IMG/VR virus record: IMGVR_UViG_3300028388_003280
Span: 54,197-118,196 of that record
Strand: one strand, 5' to 3'
DNA from: a virus
Length of the DNA stretch: 64,000 bases
Shown: in pieces, positions 36,574 through 45,720 of the stretch
Position numbering within the stretch: the first letter of the stretch is position 1
How the letters are laid out: each line of letters opens with the position of its first letter
Translations under genes and position numbers: made by a program
The notes under the pieces: model-generated
Told to the model about the DNA's origin: nothing
Databases searched by the model: none
Seen by the model: the letters and a program-made list of their open reading frames with translations, nothing else

Positions 36574-36767
36574 TTGAAGGTGGCTACATCAGCGTTTCGT
36601 GTGACGAGTGTGGACACGAAGAAGAGCTCCCACTCGACGATTTCATGCTCGCAACGGGCTACGACTACAGTTTCGGTCTCGACAACGGTGATGTCAACGG
36701 TGACATTGAGTGGGTCGAACATGAGGGGCGGCACCTCTGTCTTTCCTGCCGCGAAGGAGAAGAATGA
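36570..36767 (+). CDS. Zinc-binding acidic protein
   Basis: CDECG...LCLSC. Confidence 0.6.
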   Translation: MIEGGYISVSCDECGHEEELPLDDFMLATGYDYSFGLDNGDVNGDIEWVEHEGRHLCLSCREGEE

Positions 36768-37036
36768 TGAATCGTTTGAAGCGGGTTGCCGCTCTGTCCG
36801 TCCTTGTTCTGTTCGCAGGCTGTGCCTCTCAACAGGCTGGCTGCAAGAGCATGCAGTCCAGTGTTTCTGGACTGGATCGTGTCGTGACCCTGTATGACTG
36901 CAATGGTGGAGTCATCAAGACGTACGAAGGCCGCATGCTGGTTGGTGATACCAACAACGGCGGCGGCATTTACATTGACATCGTCGGGAAGCAGCGCATC
37001 TTCATCGACGGCACTTACACTGTGGAGGAGAAGTGA
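36764..37036 (+). CDS. Small lipoprotein
   Basis: VLFAGC lipobox; GLDRVVTLYD.NG..IKTYEG. Confidence 0.7.
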   Translation: MMNRLKRVAALSVLVLFAGCASQQAGCKSMQSSVSGLDRVVTLYDCNGGVIKTYEGRMLVGDTNNGGGIYIDIVGKQRIFIDGTYTVEEK

Positions 37037-37401
37037 TGCATCTGGACCTCAATCCCCAACTTGACAACCTCATGCACATCCGGCAGCAGCTGGAAGGAAT
37101 TGCCGAAAAGCTCGGCGAAGTCAGCGAGTGGGATTCTCTCACTGACCTTGAATACAAGCTGGAAGCACTCGACGGTTTTGCGCACGAGCTTGAAGAGCAT
37201 GCTAATGCGCTCGAGGACACTGTCGGCGAGATTGGTGACGAGCTGGACGAATTCAACAATGACGAAGATGTGGATGAAGAGCTCGAAGAAGTAGCTTTGA
37301 ATATCAACCCTTCAATCTGGGCTGAGCACCAGACTCCACATGGTTGCATTGCCAATAGACTCCTCAGGATTGAGAAGTATCTTGGACTGCATGATGAGTA
37401 G
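37033..37401 (+). CDS. Acidic coiled-coil protein
   Basis: GGAGGAG RBS. Confidence 0.6.
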   Translation: MMHLDLNPQLDNLMHIRQQLEGIAEKLGEVSEWDSLTDLEYKLEALDGFAHELEEHANALEDTVGEIGDELDEFNNDEDVDEELEEVALNINPSIWAEHQTPHGCIANRLLRIEKYLGLHDE

Positions 37402-37431
37402 TCCGCTCATTTAGAGTGAGTGGCATGAAGT

Positions 37432-37470
37432 GAGGGAGCAAGCTGTACGGCCTGCTCCCTCTCTCTTACT
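37432..37470 (+). terminator. Terminator-like hairpin
   Basis: GAGGGAGCA...TGCTCCCTC then TCTCTTACT. Confidence 0.6.
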
Positions 37471-37576
37471 TATACACCCACAACGAGTCTGTTCGATAGA
37501 ACATATCTTGCTCGACAGTGCTGAATCTCGCTCATGCGAAAAAAGTCCGTATGCTCTTCTTACCAAACCCTATAGG

Positions 37577-37582
37577 TATTTA
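37577..37582 (+). promoter_or_regulatory. Late-class promoter TATTTA
   Basis: GTATTTAGA. Confidence 0.55.
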
Positions 37583-37613
37583 GAAGAGACCATAGGCGGT
37601 TACGGAACTAGCA

Positions 37614-37913
37614 ATGAGACATATCAGAATACCACCAGGCCCGCGTAGATCGCGGATTCGCAAATCGGAGATAGTCAAGGTTGTCGACAACACGCCGGCG
37701 CCACTGGATCCACAAGAGGCGATTGCATATCACCTCGAGCAGGTCAAGCAGATCATCGCCGACGCAGAGTCGGTATTTACTGCAAAGGACCTCACCGCGA
37801 TCAAGCGGTCAATCGCTTCCATTGAAAAGAAGGTAAGCCCAGATGAAGAAGACAGATCCAGCGTACCGCGATCGCGTACGCAAGATGAACAAGATGCTGC
37901 TGGGGGAGACTAG
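37614..37913 (+). CDS. Hypothetical late protein
   Basis: After late motif; overlaps next ORF. Confidence 0.5.
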   Translation: MRHIRIPPGPRRSRIRKSEIVKVVDNTPAPLDPQEAIAYHLEQVKQIIADAESVFTAKDLTAIKRSIASIEKKVSPDEEDRSSVPRSRTQDEQDAAGGD

Positions 37914-38766
37914 CCGCTACATCGCTGAGGAGGACACCGAGTATCAGCAGTTTTTTCGCGGCGCATTGGATAAGTACGGAGTTTCTTCCCCTGATGAGCT
38001 CGATGACGACAAGCGAGACGAGTTTTACAACCACGTCGACAAAAATTGGGACGCTGGCGAGAATGAAACGGATGTCGATGAATCTAGCCAGCTTGGTGGA
38101 CCGAAGTCTGGTAGCAGATCAGCCCCAAAGAAGATGGGAAGTCGACCAAAGTCTTGGCCTAAGAAGTCCAAGACCGAATCCGACGACATGGACGGCGACG
38201 ACGAAGCGCTTCGTGAAGCAATTCGCGCACTTATTCAGCAGGAGATGCAAGGCGATGATGAGGAGCTAGAAGAAGCCAGTTCCGAGTCGATGGGCTATCG
38301 CGTTTATTGGAAGTCTGCTACGGGCAAAGAAGGGGCCTTGACCGTAAAGGCCTCCAGCGAATCCGCCGCCCGCAAGAAAGCATATGCAGCGGTCAATAAG
38401 AAGCGTGGAGCTCAGCTCATGCGTATTTCGGACATGTCTGCGAACAAAGACGTCCCCCTCAAGGAAGCTAAGGCAACCCAACGTGATAAGGACATTGGAG
38501 GCGCCCCAGGGCGCGGTATCAACGAGTCGATCGCTGACGAGGACTTCGCTAAGTCTGAAGAGCTAGCATCCGAGCTCGCCTATCTCTTTGAAAAGCTCGA
38601 AAAGTTCAGCAAGGAAGTGGATTCTCAGATGTCATCCTTCAACGCTCCAGGCTTCCATGCAATGATGAAGAATGCGTTTTTGGTTGGATTCAAGCGTCAG
38701 TCATCTGCATTCAATCGGATGGCTGCCATCAAAATTCTTGAGTCCTACATGCAACGCCGCGGGTGA
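37843..38766 (+). CDS. Prohead core/internal-protein-like with multiple LxE sites
   Basis: YIAEE, VDES, LREA, LEEA, LKEA, INES; EYQQFF..AL.KYGVSSP.EL module. Confidence 0.65.
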   Translation: MKKTDPAYRDRVRKMNKMLLGETSRYIAEEDTEYQQFFRGALDKYGVSSPDELDDDKRDEFYNHVDKNWDAGENETDVDESSQLGGPKSGSRSAPKKMGSRPKSWPKKSKTESDDMDGDDEALREAIRALIQQEMQGDDEELEEASSESMGYRVYWKSATGKEGALTVKASSESAARKKAYAAVNKKRGAQLMRISDMSANKDVPLKEAKATQRDKDIGGAPGRGINESIADEDFAKSEELASELAYLFEKLEKFSKEVDSQMSSFNAPGFHAMMKNAFLVGFKRQSSAFNRMAAIKILESYMQRRG

Positions 38767-38791
38767 TAAACATACTCACGTCAAAACATCA

Positions 38792-38826
38792 GCCGGGTCG
38801 GTATTTACTACCGGCCCGGTTTGTTG
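38792..38826 (+). terminator. Terminator hairpin containing late promoter TATTTA (38802-38807)
   Basis: CCGGGTCGGTA-TTTAC-TACCGGCCCGG then TTTGTT. Confidence 0.6.
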
Positions 38827-38840
38827 CATAGAGGAGTATC

Positions 38841-41255
38841 ATGAACCAGTTGAACAAAGCCTTCCGCGCAGACCTCGAGCGCAAGATCATTCCGTTCCAG
38901 CTTATCAAGACTAATTACGGATTCTCATCCGCATCTGGCGATGATCTTCTCGCTGTCAACTCTGATCTGCAGCTCCGCGACAAGGGCTTCAGATTGACAT
39001 CTCTGGATCAATCTGCAAGCTTTATTGCCATCGCATACCGTCAGCCTGACCCATCGGCCGTTGACCAGTCACTGATCGTTTCCAGTGTTGCAACTTCGCC
39101 AATAGGTGAAACGGAGCTCCGCCTCTATTTGCAGCCCGGCGAAGATCATGTCATTTACGTTATCAGCAACAAGTACAAGGATGGGTTCATTTCGGAGGTC
39201 ACAGCCAATGGTCGTCCTGGTCTAGTTGATGAGACAGTCAATCAGGAGGGCGCGCAATCTGAAATTGGCACTCCTGCTGAGCGTCGTCAGGTTTTCAATC
39301 TTGGAAGCAGCACAGATCGTATCGTTGTAGATGGTTTGAACCTGTTTGAGACGACACCTGAGGACGACTGGTATCCGTATGAGGGCAAGTACGAAGCCGA
39401 GGGACTGCTTTGGGCAGATCCAACGCCACTATTCACAGTCGCCGAGGGCGTCCAACGTCAGAGCTCGTATTCGTATCTCACATACGAGCGAGCCTACCTC
39501 GAGTCGATTGTTACCGACATTGCAAAAGCCTATGGAGTCGACGGTCCAGATGCTCGGCAGTACTTGGGAGACCTCGTCCGTCGTGATCCCCTAGACCTTT
39601 CACAGACTGATCTCACAAACTACTACAATGCTGACAGTCTTCGTGGCTTCCGTGCTCGTCGGGACACAACGCTGACACACCGCAAGTGGCGCGACAATCC
39701 GCAGCTTACTGGCGCAGACCCATCGGCTCAGACCTTGCGTCGTTTGGAGTCACGCAACGGAGCATACGACGAACGATACTTTCAACTGATTGGTAAGGCG
39801 CCGTCAGATCGTAATGAGAATGATCCACATCCAGAGTGGAATTTGAGGGAATCGCTTGAGCAGCATCTCGCCGGCCTGGTTGTTATTTTTGAGTACGTCG
39901 TCAGGCCATACAACACTGGTCCAAGGTCATTTGACCGAGACTTTAACCGCCAGTCGAGCCCTGGTGGACCCTTTTCCAATAGACAATTTGATGAACTTGC
40001 CCGCCGAGTCCGCGCAAGCCAGCGAGTAATCTTTGAGACTCAGGGTCAGAAGGATGCACCGGTGTTGTTTGAGGAAGGCAACACAGTATTTCAGACGATC
40101 TCCCGTATCATATCTGGTCCCAATGATACCAATAATGGCGGTGACCTTATTGAGTACATTTCTGAGCGTGTAAACTACTATGAGACTATGCTTACCGAGC
40201 GCTCCGATTACGGTGGATTGTTCTACGATCCGTTCACTGATAATCCCGATGACTTTAAGGAAGCTCTGCGAATTCAATCACAGGGTGCACTAGGAGCCGC
40301 ATTTGCATATGCTGATCGTCGCCTGACGGAAATTGACAACAACATCATTCAGCTCGGCGACTTCGCGTTCATCCCAACACCACAAGGTGCTGACGACGGC
40401 GTACCTCCACTTGCACATGAAGCAACGTTACAGAATATCCGCTTCCTACGTAACCTGATTGAGGAATCGCATGAGGACCTTTGGCAGCAGACGTCTAACC
40501 TGAACACGTTTTTGTTGGAGACGATGCTTAATCTGCGTAACAATCTGACGATCGACGTGGCGAGGTCAAACTCAATCACAAACATCACCAACGCTAATCA
40601 GGTTGATCCGTCCCGCGAGATTCAGGTCGTCATCCGAAAGATTGACGAGACAGATTCCGAGTGGCAGCCGCTGATCGGCGAGGTCATCTACCAGGGAAAT
40701 GGTGTGTATTCAATGGACATCGGATACCTCCAGGATCCAGGCAAGTATGCTGTGATGATCCGACCAAAGCCAATCGAGATTGCCATCAACAGGATCACGG
40801 GTGAGGGTATCGTAGCTACACCGAGCCTTGCAGATTACCAGGCTGACAACTACTTCTACGGGTGGAATATTGAGTTCTCCCAAGCTGGCGCACAAGGTTT
40901 GCCACTGGGCGATCAGCGTGTTATCGTTGGATCCAAGTTCTCATCTCAGGCGACCGAGCTACTAATCAGTCCGGTCATTGAGGCATCGCCAGATTTCATT
41001 GAGCAGTCTGTTGCTCGTATCTGGTCCAACAAGTTCACGCCTGTCATGATCGACCTGGACCTCACCGAGTATGATCTTGAGACATTGGCATATGCAAACT
41101 ATGCAAAGCGCGAGTTCAACCGCGAGAACGGTGTCTTGACGCTGTATCGCTTTGACGGATCGGTCTACAAGACCTGGGCCCTGGGCGAGCGTGCAAACCC
41201 TGACGACAGGTTCAGGCCTATTGAGTTCAGGCTACCACTAAACGGCGGTGAATGA
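38841..41255 (+). CDS. Putative virion structural protein
   Basis: 804 aa, GAGGAG RBS, late operon. Confidence 0.6.
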   Translation: MNQLNKAFRADLERKIIPFQLIKTNYGFSSASGDDLLAVNSDLQLRDKGFRLTSLDQSASFIAIAYRQPDPSAVDQSLIVSSVATSPIGETELRLYLQPGEDHVIYVISNKYKDGFISEVTANGRPGLVDETVNQEGAQSEIGTPAERRQVFNLGSSTDRIVVDGLNLFETTPEDDWYPYEGKYEAEGLLWADPTPLFTVAEGVQRQSSYSYLTYERAYLESIVTDIAKAYGVDGPDARQYLGDLVRRDPLDLSQTDLTNYYNADSLRGFRARRDTTLTHRKWRDNPQLTGADPSAQTLRRLESRNGAYDERYFQLIGKAPSDRNENDPHPEWNLRESLEQHLAGLVVIFEYVVRPYNTGPRSFDRDFNRQSSPGGPFSNRQFDELARRVRASQRVIFETQGQKDAPVLFEEGNTVFQTISRIISGPNDTNNGGDLIEYISERVNYYETMLTERSDYGGLFYDPFTDNPDDFKEALRIQSQGALGAAFAYADRRLTEIDNNIIQLGDFAFIPTPQGADDGVPPLAHEATLQNIRFLRNLIEESHEDLWQQTSNLNTFLLETMLNLRNNLTIDVARSNSITNITNANQVDPSREIQVVIRKIDETDSEWQPLIGEVIYQGNGVYSMDIGYLQDPGKYAVMIRPKPIEIAINRITGEGIVATPSLADYQADNYFYGWNIEFSQAGAQGLPLGDQRVIVGSKFSSQATELLISPVIEASPDFIEQSVARIWSNKFTPVMIDLDLTEYDLETLAYANYAKREFNRENGVLTLYRFDGSVYKTWALGERANPDDRFRPIEFRLPLNGGE

Positions 41256-44200
41256 TGGCTGAGCGAATCGACAACCTCGGTTCAGCAGATGAGTTTGGAT
41301 TCCAGCTCAACAAGCCTCAGCCTCCGAGCACGACGAAGAAGGTTGATCTTTCGGAGCTTCAGGATGAGCCTACGTCTTCCCGTGCGTGGACGCTTGAAGA
41401 TCTCACATCAGGCACAACATACACGGCTGCAACGGAAGCTTTGCCACAGGTCAAAGACCCGGTTGAGCTGGATCTAAACTACAACGATACGCAGTCTTTG
41501 GCACTTTTCGGGTCAGTTTACACCCGTGTGGCAATTGCTATTCAGCGCGTCAAGGATGAGTACCCAAACGGATTTCTAGTCACATCGTTTGACGCGGGTC
41601 CACCACTCACAATTCCAACGTCAGGCCTAACAGATCCTGACGGTGGTGCTATCGCAAACTTTGATCCGACCAATGTCCGCGATTGGGAGCCGTATGAGTT
41701 TGTTGTGTTTTCTGCAGATCAGGTCTTGACAGCACATAAGATCTTGAGCATCACGGCAACTGCTACGGAGACATCGTTTACGCTGGTTGGTGACCCAGAT
41801 CTGGTCACTGCTGGCCTGTCGTATGCTATCTCGCCCACACGCTCAGCCAAGGACACGTTCTTTGTCCAGTATCCATATGAGCGCGACATCATTGAAGGCA
41901 CACCCGGCCGCACAAACATTTGGCCATCAACGGCCGGCGTAACAGACCTACTTTTGTTTGCTGGGTCAGAATACGACGAGTTCGTCAATGCAGAGCTCGC
42001 CCTCGCACTGTCTGCTGATACTGTTGGAACACCAATTCCAAGTAATGTTCTGTGGCGGTCACTGACTCCACAGGGCATGAAGTACCTTGACAATGATGAC
42101 CAGATCTTGGAGAAGCTGGTCCTCACTATGGGTATGAGCTTCGACGCCATTGCCAGGTATCAGAACCAGATGGCATATGCCCACACAATGGGCTATCAAG
42201 ATTACGACCATGTGCCACGTGAGCTTGTATATGAGCTCGCCAACATGTGGGGCTGGACGCTATCACATGACTCTAAGGGACAGGATCTTACAGAGTATAG
42301 GCTGTCGATCTTTGACAGCTATGCAACTGGTGTGACTGATTCTCTCCCGCCAATTTCCCCCGCTGACATCAACTTCGAGCGTTGGCGTCGGATCGTGTCA
42401 AGCCTGGTTCGCATCTGGAAGTCTAAGGGAACCCGCCGCGCACTGCAGACCGTCTTCGACATCTATGGCGTGCCTGCAGATTTGCTTGTGCTCAAGGAGT
42501 ATGTCTACTTCTCAGATGTCGCCTTTGTTGAGCCACTGTATCTGCGTGAAATCCCAACCGGAATCTTCCTAAACACTGGCAACACAAAGACTCGTGTCTG
42601 GATTGACCCAGAGGATGCATCCGTTGAGACGATCACCAACAGGCCACTATACAATGCCAGGTACCTCGACGTTGGTATTTCTGAGGCTGAGGCAGTGTTC
42701 AGGGATGTGTACGATTGGGCATCAACAACGGATTTGACATTCACAGATGTTAACGGAGTCGCAATCGAGCTGTCTGCACGCACGGACTCGATCTATGACT
42801 TTGAATACGAGCTCGTCAATGCGTTCGTGCCATCTGATGGTTCACATAGAACAGCACATGGATATCCGCTTCTCGAGGCCGTCTACACAAGCTACCTGGC
42901 AAATAGTGGTAACGCGTACAAGATTGGCGACTTCACGCCTTTCGTTGAGTTCATCGAAGAGAACTACCTCGAGATCGTCCGCCAGCTCATTCCGGCTTCT
43001 TCACGCCTGCTCGCTCAGGGAACGATCATTGAGAATTTGCCGTTCCACCGTGAGAAGCACGTTTGGGAGCCTGAGGGCGACGTCGACCAGCCTTTCAACG
43101 AAGAGCTGGAAATCAAGGTACTTCCGCCGGTCGGAGTCAAGCAACCTAACCCAGCTGCGTTCGTCGACACGACGTCAACTTCTGCGAATAAGCAGCTCAG
43201 ACCTGTTGCCGAGATCGACTCAATGCCTGTCCGGCAAACAACAGTCACTCGTCCAGAGGCAACTGTTGAAACTGTCTCGCCAGCTTCGTTCAAGTCAACT
43301 TCCGCCAGTGTCAATATTCCAACTCAAGCAACGACTGCAGACTACGTTGAACAGCCTCAAGACACATATGATCTCGTTGACGTTCCAGGTGGTGCAGTTT
43401 ATGAAGTCGACACGCCGGTTATCGTTTCATATTCTGCAACGAGTGGCACTGCTGCATTCACTGCGTTTTCAGAATCGGCATTGATTGTAACCAACGACAA
43501 CAAGTTCGATCTGTATCTTTCAGCGTCAAACATGTCGTCCTCTGGTGCGAATCGCATCTCTGTTGAACTGTTTAGGAGGCTATCAGAAGAAGACCGTTCG
43601 CGAATCAGCTCTTCTGCATTCACTGTTATGCAGACATCATATGAGGGATCTGACTTCACACCACAGTCAAATCGCACCGGTGCATACCGTCTAAACACGG
43701 TTCGTGGGCTGGCAGTGGGAGATCAGCTTTCCGCGATTACTCCGCTGGCGCAATACGTCAACACGCTCGTCACCATCCGTGCGATCTATACTGATACGAA
43801 CACAATTGTTACAGCTCCAGCAATCGGCTTGGATGATCTTCCTGTTGGCCGGAATGCCGTTAAGGTTGGTATGCGTACACTGTTCAACAGTCCGGTTCGT
43901 GTGTACCTGATTCAGGCGTTGGAAGATTATCGCGTTGACCCCAATGCAGTGCTCGAAGCCCTGGCGTACCTGTATTCAGAGCTTCGTCCGCCAGCGGAGC
44001 GTAACCTTGGTGACATTGCTGATTACGGAATATTCTTGACCGAGCTTTCTCGCAAGTATGGTATTTCCGATGTGAACACACGTGCGGCATTCACACCGTT
44101 CTATGATTTCACAACTTCAGAGTTGGCCGGCGCACTGATTGTCGTTCCGTACATCCGCGACAATCCTGAGAAGTTCACATTGTCGAACGACGGCCTATTC

Positions 44201-45121
44201 ATTGGTAACAGAATCATCACCGAGTTGGCCAGCGTAACACTGTCTAAGGTGAATGAACTATTTGACTGGGCATCACCCGTTCAGTCTGAGGTGTTCACAC
44301 AGGCTAATCAGGGAAACTTCGTTGGATGGCCAGCAGACGATTCATTGGTGGGCATTGAAGATTTGAATGATGCAGTCATTTCAGGCAGCGTAGAAATTGG
44401 CGGCCTAGACTCCCTCAATGCAGATATTCTACAGGACAAGGAAGAATACTTTATCCGATGGGAAGCCCAAGCTGAGGTAACATCTGGCTTCACGGGGGAA
44501 ACGTACTTCGAAACGATCTACTCTGGTCGTAATGCTGTTGGCTCTAACTATCCGCTCAAGATTATCAACGACATCTATTACTATGGTGACTATTTCGTAT
44601 ACATGCGCACCTCTAAGGAAGCCATTGTTACGACGCAGCCGCTAGAGTCAGGTGCAACTGATACCGCTTCTGTTGAACTAGCATGGCGAGGAGTCGGCGA
44701 TGCAGACCTGCTTGAAGTGCAGTTCTACAACGATGGTCCTGCAACCGGTGACCCGCCGACTCAACAACTCAACGCATCATACGATACAATTTCGGCCGCA
44801 CAGTGGTTTACATCAACAACGATCAACACACCAGTTAAGGAGGGCGCTGACGATCGCACAATCTATACGATCCAGACAACTCTTGAGCCAGAGACGTGGT
44901 ACTGGTGGAGAATTAGAAACACCAAGCAGAAGCTGACTATGTTCGGCTATGTGCTTGAAAGCGTAACGCATACAGAGCCCAAGCTCTTCTATACTGGACC
45001 ATTCCTCGATCGCGACAGCGAGGAGGGTGTCAACCCTGACATTCCCGAGCCCCCAATTAAGCCACCAATTACTGGCGGCGGCGGAACGGGTGATGGCGAC
45101 AATCCGATCTTCCAGGGATAG
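41252..45121 (+). CDS. Large baseplate/tail structural protein (tail protein I/gp7-like segment)
   Basis: VPRELVYELANMWGW...WRRIVSSLVRIWKSKGTRRAL..FDIYG; C-terminal FnIII-like TWYWWRIR. Confidence 0.65.
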   Translation: MMAERIDNLGSADEFGFQLNKPQPPSTTKKVDLSELQDEPTSSRAWTLEDLTSGTTYTAATEALPQVKDPVELDLNYNDTQSLALFGSVYTRVAIAIQRVKDEYPNGFLVTSFDAGPPLTIPTSGLTDPDGGAIANFDPTNVRDWEPYEFVVFSADQVLTAHKILSITATATETSFTLVGDPDLVTAGLSYAISPTRSAKDTFFVQYPYERDIIEGTPGRTNIWPSTAGVTDLLLFAGSEYDEFVNAELALALSADTVGTPIPSNVLWRSLTPQGMKYLDNDDQILEKLVLTMGMSFDAIARYQNQMAYAHTMGYQDYDHVPRELVYELANMWGWTLSHDSKGQDLTEYRLSIFDSYATGVTDSLPPISPADINFERWRRIVSSLVRIWKSKGTRRALQTVFDIYGVPADLLVLKEYVYFSDVAFVEPLYLREIPTGIFLNTGNTKTRVWIDPEDASVETITNRPLYNARYLDVGISEAEAVFRDVYDWASTTDLTFTDVNGVAIELSARTDSIYDFEYELVNAFVPSDGSHRTAHGYPLLEAVYTSYLANSGNAYKIGDFTPFVEFIEENYLEIVRQLIPASSRLLAQGTIIENLPFHREKHVWEPEGDVDQPFNEELEIKVLPPVGVKQPNPAAFVDTTSTSANKQLRPVAEIDSMPVRQTTVTRPEATVETVSPASFKSTSASVNIPTQATTADYVEQPQDTYDLVDVPGGAVYEVDTPVIVSYSATSGTAAFTAFSESALIVTNDNKFDLYLSASNMSSSGANRISVELFRRLSEEDRSRISSSAFTVMQTSYEGSDFTPQSNRTGAYRLNTVRGLAVGDQLSAITPLAQYVNTLVTIRAIYTDTNTIVTAPAIGLDDLPVGRNAVKVGMRTLFNSPVRVYLIQALEDYRVDPNAVLEALAYLYSELRPPAERNLGDIADYGIFLTELSRKYGISDVNTRAAFTPFYDFTTSELAGALIVVPYIRDNPEKFTLSNDGLFIGNRIITELASVTLSKVNELFDWASPVQSEVFTQANQGNFVGWPADDSLVGIEDLNDAVISGSVEIGGLDSLNADILQDKEEYFIRWEAQAEVTSGFTGETYFETIYSGRNAVGSNYPLKIINDIYYYGDYFVYMRTSKEAIVTTQPLESGATDTASVELAWRGVGDADLLEVQFYNDGPATGDPPTQQLNASYDTISAAQWFTSTTINTPVKEGADDRTIYTIQTTLEPETWYWWRIRNTKQKLTMFGYVLESVTHTEPKLFYTGPFLDRDSEEGVNPDIPEPPIKPPITGGGGTGDGDNPIFQG

Positions 45122-45150
45122 AGCTTGACACCAAAAGCAATTGGCTACGC

Positions 45151-45156
45151 TATTTA
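45151..45156 (+). promoter_or_regulatory. Late-class promoter TATTTA
   Basis: CTATTTATA before GAGG RBS. Confidence 0.6.
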
Positions 45157-45173
45157 TACACGTGAGGTAACGC

Positions 45174-45713
45174 ATGAGCGGTTCATTCCTACCCCAAACA
45201 GCAACCACATCCATTGTCAACGTCAAGCTGACTGACAAGGGTCGCGAGCTGCTTACCAAGGGGTTCTTCGAGCAGGATACGTTCGACATTGTGAAGTTCG
45301 CCTTCGGCGATTCGGAAATCGACTATTCGCTAGATGATGAAGACGTCACAGGTAGCACTGTTTCCAGGCCCGATAACTACCAGGTCGATTTTAAGAGCAA
45401 GCTTTACGCCAGTGGAACGATTCCCAGTGGCACGCCGTTTGTAACGCTGACAACGGCAGCAATTGAGCTATCCGTCGACCAGTCTAAGTCGGTACAGGTC
45501 ACAACCTCTTGGCCGCCCGTGCAGGGACAGTACTTTGAGACATATAAGTGGGTAAATCTGGGACCGCTTGAAGATTACGACTTTGCGATCATCCCGGCTT
45601 CTAATACTCGCTCCGCTTCCATTGTTGCTTACGATGTCACGGGGACCACACAGGTCAAGGTCATTGGCCAAACAACGGGTCGGTTTGCGATCCTAGATGT
45701 AAGCGTTGGGTGA
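45174..45713 (+). CDS. Baseplate/tail-fibre attachment protein (paralog X1)
   Basis: KLTDKGRELL...IVKFAFGDSEIDY. Confidence 0.65.
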   Translation: MSGSFLPQTATTSIVNVKLTDKGRELLTKGFFEQDTFDIVKFAFGDSEIDYSLDDEDVTGSTVSRPDNYQVDFKSKLYASGTIPSGTPFVTLTTAAIELSVDQSKSVQVTTSWPPVQGQYFETYKWVNLGPLEDYDFAIIPASNTRSASIVAYDVTGTTQVKVIGQTTGRFAILDVSVG

Positions 45714-45720
45714 TTGACTC

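Noticed and set aside
30472-37613. tRNA or tmRNA genes in intergenic gaps
   Set aside because: No cloverleaf with T-loop GTTCGA in proper context seen; tRNAscan-SE/ARAGORN would be decisive
45125-45156. Sigma-70 promoter from TTGACA at 45125
   Set aside because: No -10 at 16-18 bp spacing; TATTTA late motif is the better explanation
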